Assembly (NCBI RefSeq): GCF_963676685.1
Contig: NC_092351.1
Coordinates: 31,000,001 to 31,064,000, forward strand
DNA from: Mytilus edulis
Lineage: Eukaryota
Direction: 5' to 3'
Length of the DNA stretch: 64,000 nucleotides
The first letter of the stretch is position 1. Each line of letters opens with the position of its first letter. The notes under the pieces are model-generated. The model made no database searches, was not told the origin of the DNA, and saw only the letters and a list, made by a program, of their open reading frames with translations. The translations under genes and the position numbers were made by a program. Below are positions 24,722 through 36,713 of this stretch, one piece after another.

Positions 24722-25301
24722 CACACAGAAAAAGATTAACCAACACCTGATATATTGCATTATAGTTTTAATCAAAAATATTAATTTGAATATAAATATT
24801 GATTTTAACAAGACCATTGTCCTTTCAAAGATGTGACCATACAGGTGTGACCGGTCATTAAGATATCGAGGTATAATGCACGCGAACCATGCCTTCCATG
24901 CAAACTACAAAATGCAGTTTCCCCGCGCTTCAAATTTGAGTATTTAAGTCCGAGGATTTGAAAAAATTATTCACACTCTGGGAACATGGTACGAAGACAA
25001 ACATCGGAGTTTCAAAGATGGCAGATTATCGGCATGTGGTCATCAGGGTTATCTTATAAAGCTATTGGACGTCAGATGGGCTTCCATTATTCTGAAGTCA
25101 TTTGGCTTATGCAGCAACACAATCTATTAAAAAAATATCGTTTTTTTGCAATTTGTTGTGTTTTTTCTTTAAGGTATTGTAATGTTATGTCCTAAGCTGC
25201 ATTACTATTGTTGCCACTACTTGTACCTGGATCCCATGACCCTTATCGTAATATTGGTCAATTCGAAAAAAACGCGGGAGTGCTTTACTTTTTTCTTTGT
25301 G
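24722..25301 (+). mobile_element. Internally deleted Tc1/mariner element
   Basis: The ORF from 24986 (MVRRQTSEFQRWQIIGMWSSGLSYKAIGRQMGFHYSEV) resembles the N-terminal HTH of Tc1 transposases. Imperfect CAC-starting TIRs are flanked by TA at 24720-24721 and 25302-25303. Confidence 0.7.
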
Positions 25302-27060
25302 TATATTACACTATACCTGAAAGATTCATTGATGATGTTTGGATTGTTTAAAATCAATTAACGATCAATTGAATAAGCTCAATCGATTATTGTTTATACA
25401 CAAACAGTGAAATAATAGTGTCTTGTTCATTATAATCAATCAAAACTTTTATATAATTTTCTGAAAATATTTTAAGATATATTTAAAACCAAGATGTTAC
25501 CATTGATACCCATAAACAAAATAATTTATGTAGCCTAGACCCTCGAACAAACAAATAAAAATGTCGCATAAAAACTAGCTATATATATAGGAGTCAGCTA
25601 TGTTTGCTAAAATGATAATCAACGGTGGACTTTGGAAATTTTAGTCATCAGAGTGAGAAGATAAGCGAACGATATTATCAATTAAAATGGAAACTGTTTT
25701 CAAATAGTTATCAAAAGTACCAGTCTTATAATGTATAAGCCAGACGCGCGTTTCAGATCAAAATAGTTTTAAAGCCAAACAAGTACAAAATGTGTTTTAG
25801 GGACGAACTCTTTTTGCCGGTCGTATGACTAGAGGGAATAAATTAAATATCATCAAACATGAACCAACTTGAAAAGTATATTCCAAATTGTAGAAAAATG
25901 ATGTGTGGCAATATTGCTTCAGTATTCCATAACTTAGTCGTCTTAAACATTTTAAATTTCAACAGGCTTTCTCACTTTTATTAAAATATATATATAAAAA
26001 ATGCTTGCACGTGATACTTTTGTATAATCAGCTGCATTTTCAAGGTCTTTCCTGAAGATGACGACACTGTATAGACTTCCCTGTCAAATTATGTAAAATG
26101 TCAAAGTTGAAACCATTGCTCAAATAACCATAAATATAAGCCAACATGGAGAAACACTACTTTAGAAATTAAACAAATCAAGTTTATTACCTTTTTTGGA
26201 CATATACTTTAACACATGACAACACTATAAAACATGCACAATTCCTTTAGCCGGTATCAATGAATCTACAGTTTCAAAGGTGAGTGTTTGAATTTAAAAG
26301 CTAAATGTTTATACAAGTAACATTTTTCAAATGTGCTGATTACAGTAGATATTTTTTTTAATCAAACTCCAGTACCAAAAAAAAAAAAAGAAAAAAAAAA
26401 GAAAAAAAAAAGACTTAACTAAAATGCTTTTGATCTCATACGTAGGCAATACGTTTCCCGTTTGACGCATACTACGGTTGAAGATGCATGTTTCATATGA
26501 ATGATAAATATTCAACACGATTTTGTCAATTAAATCTCAGAAAATGATGTTTGAAAGAATTTATAGGTACATATGATACCGGCAATACTCAACCTATTAA
26601 TGGACTTTTGCATTATTATTACTGTAAAAAATAAAACATTATGCATGCTGACTTATAACTTAAATATATAAGACTTTAATAAAACATTTCAAATTATTTT
26701 CAAATAAAACTAAGAGACAGTAAAATCAAAAATTGACAGAATTGAGTATTAAAAACTTATATGAAGTGAAAATTAATATGTTATTTGCATTACCTCATTT
26801 TTACTTACTAATGTAGAAGTTGTTATTCGAATAATATTTTCTTATTAACCTCCTAGTTTGTTCAATATAGCAACATTTAGTAATTTAGAGTTTTTAATGT
26901 TGTTACCGCCTAGAATTATTTATTGTTCTTTGTGTTATATCCACAGGTATTTAAACACTTCTCGTCAATTTGGCAGTATTTTGTTTTAAATAAGCAAATA
27001 CAGATAGCTTCAGGTAAGCAAATGTATCTTAAAAAAATAATTAAATAGCGAAGTTTCATA

Positions 27061-27256
27061 TAATTATCAAAGGTACCTACCAGGATTATAACGTAGTTCG
27101 CCAGACGCGCGTTTCGTCTACATAAGACTCATTAGTGACGCTCATATCAATATATTTATAAAGCCAAACTAGTACAAAGTTGTAGAGCATTGAGGATCCA
27201 AAATTCCAAAAAGTTGTGCCAAATACGGTTAAGGTAGTCTATGCCTGTGATAAGAA
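27061..27256 (-). repeat. Retrozyme-family fragment with a mutated hammerhead (CUAAUGA core)
   Basis: CGCCAGACGCGCGTTTCGTCTACATAAGACTCATTAGTGACGCTC; near-identical to the 41752-42092 copy. Confidence 0.75.
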
Positions 27257-27494
27257 TTTTTTTCCATCACTTTCATCTATCAAGTCTATATATATATACG
27301 CGCGCATAATAGACGTTTGGAATTGGTAACGCTTTATGCAATTATGTTATATTGTAAAAATTCATGTAGCAAAAAACAGATAATAAACAACAATAAGTTA
27401 TGACAACAGCTTTAACGGTTTGCTTGTTTTGTTTTTCATCATATTGCAATACTCAGTTGATTTCATTGCCTGATGCTCAATTTTATTTTTTAGG

Positions 27495-30400
27495 ATGCTT
27501 CTTATTCAGTTATCTCTGCAAATCATGGTAATAGTTTTGACTATCAATGTTGGGTTGATAGATGCAGGTAAGTTACAAAATCTTTTCAAATTTTAGAGAC
27601 AATGTTTCCGTTTCAAAACATAAAAGTTTTTAACAAGTCGGAGCTGTACAAGTTTATCTTATCGTAATGGGATAGTCAAAGATGCGTGTACGTTTAAATA
27701 GTTCCTGTGTGATCTATACACAAATAATGTATGTCGTTTGACATTTAAATTATAAGACCTGTAAGCCAATATGCGATAATCTTTTCTTATAAACGAATTA
27801 ATAATATTACAATTAAGACCAATCTCTGCCAGGCTTCGTGTTTTTCTCTATTTGTTACACTTCAATTAAATCAATTGGTATTTGGATGTGTACTAATTGT
27901 ATTAATGTTTATATACCCTTCCACGTCAGCAATATGTTTTATACGTGTTTCTGCCTTGTATCGATGTAATGTGTTAAGGTGGTACCCAACACTTTCACTA
28001 AAATTAATTTGGCTCGTTTAATTTTCATAAAATTTTGACAAAGTATTTACTTTGACCCTTTAACAAAAATATATGAATTTCAAAAATTTTGAACCAACCA
28101 TTTTATCAGAAAAATTACACTGGTTATATAGCAGTTTGACAAACACTTATTTTGATCATTGAGAAGCTTAATATTCCCTTAACAACACAACGTAATTAAA
28201 ACGTTTAGCTGATTTTACAGAGTTGTCTCCCTGTAGTGTTAGGTACCACCTTAAGCTCTTTTTATAATTTATTATTATATTGTATTATTTCACTGTCTAT
28301 TATAAAGGGGCGGGTTTGTCATTTGGTCTCTTGTAGATAATTGTCTCATAGGCATTTATAACTCATCTTATTATTTTCATATCTTAACTCTATCTAATAG
28401 GGCTATTAATTTTTATTTGCGACTTTTGGGAGTTGGATTAATCGTTGTAATGTTCAACTGAATACATGCTTAAACTTTGCAGTGTTAATGTCCTCATACT
28501 GAGGATTACAAACTAAAGTTAATAATCCTAGTCTCTTTTATTTCTATTTCAACCTAGCTATCACAAGTAAAAATCCTCTTCAGAGACACATATAATGGTA
28601 CTCAAATTCCTTGTAGTCTACCATTATTTCGAAGTTAAATTCAACATTCAATGTCGGGGCCTTTTATAGCCGACTATATTGCATGGATTTTTCGCATTGT
28701 TGAAGGCCACAAAGTTGCATTTTACTGCTTACATCTTCTTATTTCTGAATTGAACTATACATATATAAAATTGCTTTATATAAGTATTCATTTTTGATTA
28801 AATAAAATCATTAATTTAAACTATACCGTTACGTGAGAATTTCAAGACACATTGTAAATCTTATTCTGATTAAACGGACACATGATAGTTTTATGAACAA
28901 AGAGCAATTATTTTATACAATTATCTGAATCATTGAAAGAACAAAGAGTAAAAAAGGCATTGACACATATTGATATATATATATATATATAGCCGAATCG
29001 ATTTTATTTCCCCCTAACAAATTAGTTTTACTTTCAGGATTTCAAACACTTGCTTAGACTGTATTTGTGAAGTAAGTATATACTATCCTAGAGATTCCTA
29101 TACAAATAATTTTTTTTATTATCCCGCTTATAAGGTTATGCGATTTTCATTTAAAAATATTGATTGGACTAAAAGGCTTACTGTTTTAATTATGTTTTTT
29201 ATACAATGCTATAGATTTTCTTTGTAACTTCATTCCTGTTGATTGATTGATTGTTCGTTAAGCAACCAACAATCAATCAATCAATCATTCCTGTTGACTG
29301 ATGAAAGGAGAAAGAATATAGGTTAAAAAGATCTCATACTCTGTAGTTGTACCTGAAGTTTTCATCTTACAGTATATGTACACATGCTTTATTGCGGTAT
29401 TAAAATCTTGGTAGAATAAAAAAATATGCAAACTTGTATCATTGTTATTTTGCTTAGTTTCTTTTGTTATCTATTCTGTTATCGGTCTGGAACTTTTTTT
29501 AAACTGCATTTTACTGTTCGAATTGCTGTATATTTCTTTATTCTATATTGGCTAGAGGTATAGAGGGAGGACTGAGGTTTTAAAAACATGTTGAATCCGC
29601 CGCTTTTTTGCGCCTGTCCCAAGTCAGGAGCCTCTGACCTTTGCTAGATTTGTGTTTTTTTTTAATAATTGTAGTTCATTGTTATATTTTGGAGTTTAGT
29701 ATGACGACTATGTTCACCTCCGGGTGCGAGATTTTCTTACTGTTTTGAAGACACATTGGTGGCCCTTGCCTGTTATCTGCTTTTGATATATTCCCAATTT
29801 CTATTCTCAATTTTATAAATGACATTTGTTGTTTTTGTAATGGGAAAGTTGAATATTAGAATCAGTGTCCTTGCTCAGAAAATGTATAGTGTTATGTGTC
29901 ATTGCGTTGATTCCCGAATTAACCAAACATAAAACTGAAACAAATGGTGCATAAAGCTTTCATTTTATTTATTTAAAAATTGTAGGCTGTACTTACATCA
30001 AGAACTAAGAAAGTCAATCAATTACTCAATCATTCAAAACTATCAATCAGTTTCGTGATCATAACCTTATTAAAAGAGGCTGCCTCTAAAAAAAATGTTA
30101 TATTTCATTTTCAGTCTTTTCTATAGCCATGATACGAGTATATTCGCAGATTGCGTTCTCTTTTGCTAATATCAGTTGCTACGTACTATTAATTAGAATT
30201 TTAAAACAAAGTAACATAGCACTTTTATCTCAACCGTTTCATTCTAAACTTTCGATTAGTTGTATGACAGATTTGCTACTTACTTTATAGGTATAATCAA
30301 ATTGTGACAAAGAAACTGGATGTGCGGATGATGGCGGATCGGATTCCTGTGGACCATTTCAAATAAAGAAAGTGTACTGGATTGACTGTGGTAGACCAGG

Positions 30401-31489
30401 TGACAGTAAGTACAATTCAAGTTTAAGAAACGAGTCACTTAATCGGATGTGACAAGTTAAGTCGTCCTTCAATCGAAATTCTTTAATCGTCAAAGGCCTA
30501 CTTAAATTAAACTGAATTAAGAGGTAGTTAAATTTAGGTTGACATTTAAATGCAGAAATTTCCAATTTGTTCTTGGCAATTGTTAATTATAACTCTTTAG
30601 TTTAGGATATTTTCTCAACAAGAACTATCGTTTATTGTTACAATCTGCAAAGAGATTTTTCAGTACTATCATTATCACAAAAAGATATACCATACCTATT
30701 AAAGCACCGAATAGCCAAAACTTCGATACGTATAGAATTTTAAATGTTCAAACTTTTTTATATATTTAATTCTATGAGTAATTATCAATAGACTACGTAC
30801 TGACTTGTTCTACTAAAATTGCATGAGGTTACAATTTCACCTGATTAACTTACTCTTCGACTTTATAGCCAGTATGCCAATAGACTTATGATTTTGATGT
30901 TCCCAAATGTTTTATGAATTCTCCCTCTAAAACATTGTAACAATTACGCGCTCAAAGGAGAATATACAAAAAAGGCGACAGAATTATACCACTGTTCAAT
31001 AGTCATTATTCGATTAAGCTAAAACAAATCCGGGCGCAAACTTAAATCGAGAACAACACATCAACAAAACAACGGAACAACAAAAACACTGAAGTTCAAA
31101 AAAATCAAACGTCAACATACGTAGCAACCAGTGAAGATAAATTTTTAAAAAATGTCCCATTCCGGACATGTAACAGGACGTTTTAAGAAATATTGTTAAG
31201 TTGAACCTATTTTTACTGCTCACAAAAACGACTTTCAGACGAAAGTAGTTACAATTCCATAAAATTTATCTTTTGATTTTTTTCAGGTTATGAAGAGTGT
31301 ACAAAGGATTATGATTGTGCCAAAGGATGTGTTCAGACTTACATGAATCGTTATGGAGGCTGGAAATGTGGAACCACTTGTGAAGATTATGCACGCATGC
31401 ACAATGGAGGTCCAAGAGGCTGTAATAAAAGTGCCACTAATCGATATTGGAATAAGATAAAAATTGCTGGCTGTAGCAGAAATAGCTAA
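27495..31489 (+). pseudogene. Invertebrate (i-type/destabilase) lysozyme, disrupted
   Basis: Exons 27495-27567 (signal MLLIQLSLQIMVIVLTINVGLIDA), 29038-29071 (ISNTCLDCICE), 30291-30405 (V*SNCDKETGCADDGGSDSCGPFQIKKVYWIDCGRPGD) and 31287-31489 (SYEECTKDYDCAKGCVQTYMNRY..CEDYARMHNGGPRGC..YWNKIKIAGCSRNS*). In-frame TAA at 30294-30296 and a 1-nt phase mismatch between the first two coding exons. Probable 5' UTR exons end at 26279 and 27013, with a TATA-like CTATAAAA near 26225. Confidence 0.88.
27978..28250. mobile_element. TTAA-targeting MITE (Kolobok-like)
   Basis: TTAA at 27974-27977 and 28251-28254. TIRs GGTGGTACCCAACACT and AGTGTTAGGTACCACC. A decayed relative lies at about 49090-49227. Confidence 0.85.
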
Positions 31490-32034
31490 AATTATGATCT
31501 ATAAATTCGTTTTGAGACTTAATGTAATCGGCATTGTCACTTTTTTCATTGAATTTAGATATTAAACCTAACATTTCAGAAGCCTGACATACCTTGTATA
31601 TGTATTTCATCCTGATATCCAAAAAAATCTTAATCAATTATTTTTTTCTCTTTTCATTTTCTTAATAAATGCATCCTATATCGAAGTTTGAATTTCTTAT
31701 TCATTAACGATATTCATTGAGTTTTAGTTGAATGATCTGATTGCATTGTTCTGAATACAATAACCATGTGTAACGATGTTTTGAAAGTCGTTGCACTTTT
31801 TGTCTTAGTTTACAATCCCACCGCAAAATTAATTGGTTATAGAAATATAATGACAACGAATACGTAGAAAGTTAACCCTATATTTACGGATGACTTTGTT
31901 TGTAGAAAATGTATAAAGAGAAATAGAAAGATCCAATGTAAACAGTAAAATAGCAATGATACCGAGCTGAGGAAAATATAAAACGTAAAAATACTAATCA
32001 AATGTCAAAATTTTAAGCTCATACACACCATAAT

Positions 32035-32340
32035 CTATACTTCATGACCATCGTGTGATATTTTTGAAGTTGATACGGAATATTTATCAAATAGGGGTTG
32101 ATATCTTCCGATAAATCGTTTTAGAAAAAGGACGAGACGTTGTTTAATATACCCTTGGTTCATCAACTTTCTGTTTATACTCTGTTGACGTTTTGCAAAG
32201 TCTGAGTAGGTATCAGCTGCAAGCTCTTGAATATCGAATAAGTTTGATATTGTATATCCGATATGCACTATTTCAAAATTAAAATCGCCTCGTTTGTCAG
32301 TAATTAGATGTCAAATTCGAGATACAAGTATAGAAATAAG
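32035..32340 (-). mobile_element. Penelope-like retroelement RT C-terminal remnant
   Basis: Minus-strand translation ..YSDFAKRQQSINRKLMNQGYIKQRLVLFLKRFIGRYQPLFDKY resembles the PLE RT thumb region; degenerate upstream. Confidence 0.65.
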
Positions 32341-32396
32341 TGGAAAGAAGCGGAAGTCTTTTGTTTTGAGAGAACAAATTTCTGAAGAGATCTACC

Positions 32397-33080
32397 TATA
32401 TTCTCGGGCTTGTATTTCCTGTCATGATTTCCTTGATAGGGGATTGCTACTCAAAAGGAAGTTTAATTAAAAAATTGAAAACAACACGTTTAATTATTGT
32501 TCGCGTTCGAAGCGCTTTTCTGGATTTACCTTCATCAGGAACGCTCAAAGCCAAACATTTGAAATCCGAAGATGTATAATTACCGAAACCGTGGAAGAGT
32601 TTTATGACAAAAATACCTAAAATAAATAGCCAAATTCATCTAAAGTCATTAAACCAAGAGTTTCCAATGGTTAAGTTTAAATCATCCCTACTTAAATTTT
32701 ACGGACGCCATCACGAGTCGGTTGACCGGTATGGAATAATCGTTTCACAGATGATATCGGATATGTTCCTTATGTCGTAACTACAATACCCTTCCTTCTT
32801 CACGAATGTGACCTACCGAATTAGACTATTTACTGGATTTGTAATAACATAAGCAACACGACGAGTGACACATGTGGAGCATGATCTGCTTACCCTTCTG
32901 GAGCACCTGAGATCACCCCCAGTTTATGGTTGGGTTCGTATTGCTTAGTCTGTAATTTTCTATGTTGTGTCTTCTGTACTATTATTTGTCTGTTTGTCTT
33001 TTTATTTTTAGCCATGGCGTTGTCAGTTTATTTCAATCTAGGAGTTTGACATTCGCTCTGGTATCTTTCGTCCCTCTCCT
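32397..33080 (+). mobile_element. Second Penelope-like RT remnant plus 3' region, interrupted by an insertion
   Basis: YSRACISCHDFLDRGLLLKRK, then an insert at about 32462-32647, then LNQE..KFKSSLLKFYGRHHESVDRYGIIVSQM (with a frameshift). Confidence 0.65.
32503..32544 (-). ncRNA. Minimal type I hammerhead ribozyme, second family
   Basis: Minus strand reads GCGUUC-CUGAUGA-AGG UAAAU CCA-GAAA-A GCGC U-UC-GAACGC: a perfect 6-bp stem I, a palindromic loop III and a weak stem II. Confidence 0.7.
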
Positions 33081-34336
33081 TAACTTTATCCAGAAATTCT
33101 TTAGTTATATCGCCATGCAAGTAAGCAATTTCACAATATTTGATTACCCTCTTTCACAACAGGCAAATGTTTATCAATCAAATGAATAATTTGTTAGTCA
33201 AACATGCAGATGAGCCGTCAATGTAGCGTTTTTTTTGTACAAAATTGTGTAAAACTAAGGTACAAACAAGGTATGTCCTCTGATTTGCTGTTTAATGTTA
33301 TATTAATTGAAGCAGTGAAGGACATATGATTTGCCAAAATCTCGTCTTTGTCAAATGATAATATTTTTGTATCTGGGATTACACGAGGGCTTATTTATTC
33401 TCAGTCCTTTTACAAGACACTCGCAGTAGTTAGATTTCATACAAAGACAATATCATTTGAAGGTTTTTCAAACAACATACATACTGTGAAGAGATGATAG
33501 ACATTTCACAGCCTCTTTGTCTCTGAAAACGGTCGATTATTCACACATTGTTTTCCTTAAGAATGCGATCTTAATGTTTTTATCCATTCTATATAAGTGT
33601 CCATTTGAGCCTTTTCTTATTAATTATCCCATGATCTGGCGTAGTCCGCAATAGAATCTATAATTATTTGGAATATTTCCAATTACTGTGTTAGGGTTTT
33701 GCCTTTAAATTGTTCTAAATTAAGGTCCTGCAAAGCTTCTTTATAATTAAATACTTTGGGTACAATGGTTTGGAATAACTGTAGATTACAAAAGGATAAG
33801 ACTGATATGAAAATAAAGTGGACTTTTTGATGTAACCTTCTTGTATTTTAGAACGTTGCTGGTGTGGACTGTAGCCATTTCCATATAGATAAACGGAAAA
33901 GAAAGAATTTCCTCTTTTCCTCATGTAAAGGTTCCGATCTTACTGAATTAATAAGTCGGAAAAAAGCTACATCACAAATACTGACAAGTCTTTATATCGG
34001 AGAAATGTAATATTGCATCCTTTGTCAAGTGTATGATCTATCAAACATATTAGAAAAATCAACAGGCAGTGAAAGAGAAACGATCTGATACAATGTTACC
34101 CTAAAGGATGATTAAGATGTGAACAAAAGTAATCAAAGCTCCAAGAGGGCGATCTATATTCGGAAGACTTTTTTTTACAGTAGACCGATGGTTATGCTTT
34201 TGCTCCTGACTTCGTTGCTGTCGAAAAATTAAATTAGCCTATTACATTTTCATCACTGCAGGCTGTACTAAAACAATATCCTACTCCTTTGATGTAATCA
34301 TTACCCAGAAATGTTCTCTTTCTTTCCAGAAAGGTC

Positions 34337-34589
34337 TGATTTGATTTGATTTTAACGCCATTTTTAAGCACCGCATTTAGGCTATTTTGAAGCGGCCAGT
34401 TTTTATTGGTGGAGGAAGCCGAAGTGCCCGGAGAAAACCACTGACCTTCCACAGAAAAACTGACAATCCTAGTCAATTAAGATTGTAGTCGAGTGCACCG
34501 GCACGAGCGGGATTCGAACTCACAACCTCAATGTTGCTGGCTAGTGATTACAGTAGTAACTACTTAGACCACTCGGCCACCGAGGCGCC
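34337..34589 (-). mobile_element. tRNA-derived SINE with a V-domain-like central core
   Basis: Minus strand has A box TGGCCGAGTGG, B box GTTCGAATCC, core GGTTTTCTCCGGGCACTTCGGCTTCCTCCACC, and a short tandem-repeat tail (AATCA-type). Confidence 0.8.
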
Positions 34590-36069
34590 TCTTTTCGGAA
34601 ATGAGTACTTAGTGAACGGCTATTGGTGAGTAAATTTTCTTAATGATGTGTACTCTAATAGATAAAGATGCATAGACGGACAAGAATACATATTTAGCTA
34701 AGACGAATACCTAGTATTGCCAAAAAAAAAACAGCGATCCTACTAGTAACACACATTATGTTGCTCACGGGAAATACACATTCGGGGATAAGTCGCTGCA
34801 TGTGATATAACAATTGATAAGTGAGAAGAGGATTGTGAATTCGATTATTCGCCTTCTGGGAGGAAAACTATCCCACACAATTCGCGATTTGACTTTGAGT
34901 TAAATTGTTCTCAAACGATGTCTTGGTTAACATGGTATCAAAGGTATCATGTCGTTCAAGAAATGAGCATACACATAACGCCCTGCAAATAAGAAATCAG
35001 AAATAAGCAACCTAATCCAGGACTCAGATAAATCTGTAACCTCTTCCAATCAATGTCATGAATTGGTTTAAATACTTAGATACTGAAGCATTCTATGATA
35101 TTCTCTGATTTTATATGTCTAAAATTTAATCAAACTGTCACTTTCTTCACAATAGCATAGCCTACACATGTTATAAAATAAAATTGATTAAAAGGTTAAT
35201 TTCTTCTTAATCATCGTACCCTGTCGATACATCCGGGATCGCTTCTATTGGAGCTCATTCATTTCCCAAATTTAGTGTGATTTATCCTCTTAATTAATCG
35301 ATGTATGATATCCATGAATCTGTAAAGTATAAGTATTGTTGCCGTAATTTTAGACTGTAATACTGAAAAATTATGTAAGACCTATGCATGTCTGAGTTAA
35401 TCAAATTCTTAATTGGTAATTAAAACTCAAATTCTTAGGTTACTTAGATTTATTAATTTCATCTTTAAGTTTTCGTATGAATAATTACGATGCTCACACG
35501 ACCACTATTTTCAATAGTCAGCTATATTGAGTACATCTTAGAGGAGAGGAAGAATCAACAAACAAGGTGAGAATTTCTTTCATCTAAACCAATTATATAT
35601 GTTTGCTTTGATTTACTATTATTAAATTAATATCTATGCAGACTCGATGTACAACTTTCCTCACTTTAAAAAAAAATCCAATGTGGATGAATAGTCGCTG
35701 AAATTCCCGTAAAAAATATGTTAACTAAAGGTAGTGATTTGGAAATTCATATTGTTCAAACGCACACTTATCTTTTACTTTCAGTTTTGAATTGTCAGTT
35801 TTAAATAAAATTCACATATTTCTACAGGCCAAACATTTGTTGTATGCTTCTTCCTCTTCTATAGTTACGGAATACCATCAACTTTTTGAGGATTACTTTC
35901 CGGCGCATACCTGTATGAGGTCGTTTTAAGTTATTTTTTTTTTTTTTACTTTTATTTATATATGAAATTTACAATTTTTTAAGTTTTATTTTTTTACATT
36001 TTTTATATATATTTTTTATAACTATAAGATAAAAACAACAAGCACATTTAGTTTAGATGAGAGTATGTT

Positions 36070-36572
36070 TTAAGGAGCACCTCATTTCAGATACACTGCT
36101 GGTATTGTAATATCTGTTGCAAGTATATTGTGCAGTTCTTCTTTGTACTAGTTCCAATTTATACATATTTTCTGAGGTGTGTGGATCCCAAACTGTACAG
36201 CAGTACTCTAGTTTTGGTCTAACTATTGTTTGGTAGGCTCCTTCACTAATTTTGAATTTATTTTTAGATTACGTCTGATGAATGCTAATGATTGGTTTGC
36301 TTTTGCTGCTGATTGTTGAATGTGTTTGTTCCATTTGAGGTCTGAAGAAAGTGTAATGCCTAAATATATACTTGTTCTAAGATATGACCATGCATGTTAT
36401 AATAGAAATGTCTTTGATTTTTCTTTGTTGATACTCTAAAGATGTTACATTTGTCCTGGTGGAAAGACTAGCCAGTCTTTCTCCCATTTTATAGCTGCTT
36501 CTATGTTTTCTTGAAGCTTTATGCACTCACTTTGGCAGGTTATAGGCCGATAGATTATGCTGTCGCCTGCTT
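36070..36572 (-). mobile_element. CR1/L2-like LINE RT remnant
   Basis: Minus-strand fragments DSIIYRPITCQSECIKLQENIEAAIKWEKDW and AYQTIVRPKLEYCCTVWDPHTSENMYKLELVQRR; degenerate. Confidence 0.8.
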
Positions 36573-36713
36573 ACCCTGGCCTTGTGTAAACTGTCAACAC
36601 ATCTACGGCTTGCAAGGAATTTTTCATAAATAAATGATATCTTTTTCAGTGTATCCAGTTTAAAAAAAAGTTTACACGCCTAGAAGGTTTATGCGAGTAC
36701 CAATTATCAGAAG

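Noticed and set aside
27494-27567. Alternative reading frame (DASYSVISANHGNSFDYQCWVDRC) that would fix the lysozyme phase
   Set aside because: The frame is open, but the upstream exon 26947-27013 has stops in the required frame and no signal peptide results. The MLLIQ frame gives a typical signal peptide.
30294-30296. Recoded stop (selenocysteine or readthrough) in the lysozyme
   Set aside because: The codon is TAA, not TGA; it replaces a Glu; and a separate phase defect exists.
34490-34589. tRNA gene
   Set aside because: A and B boxes are present, but I cannot form a convincing cloverleaf, and the sequence runs into a SINE core and tail.
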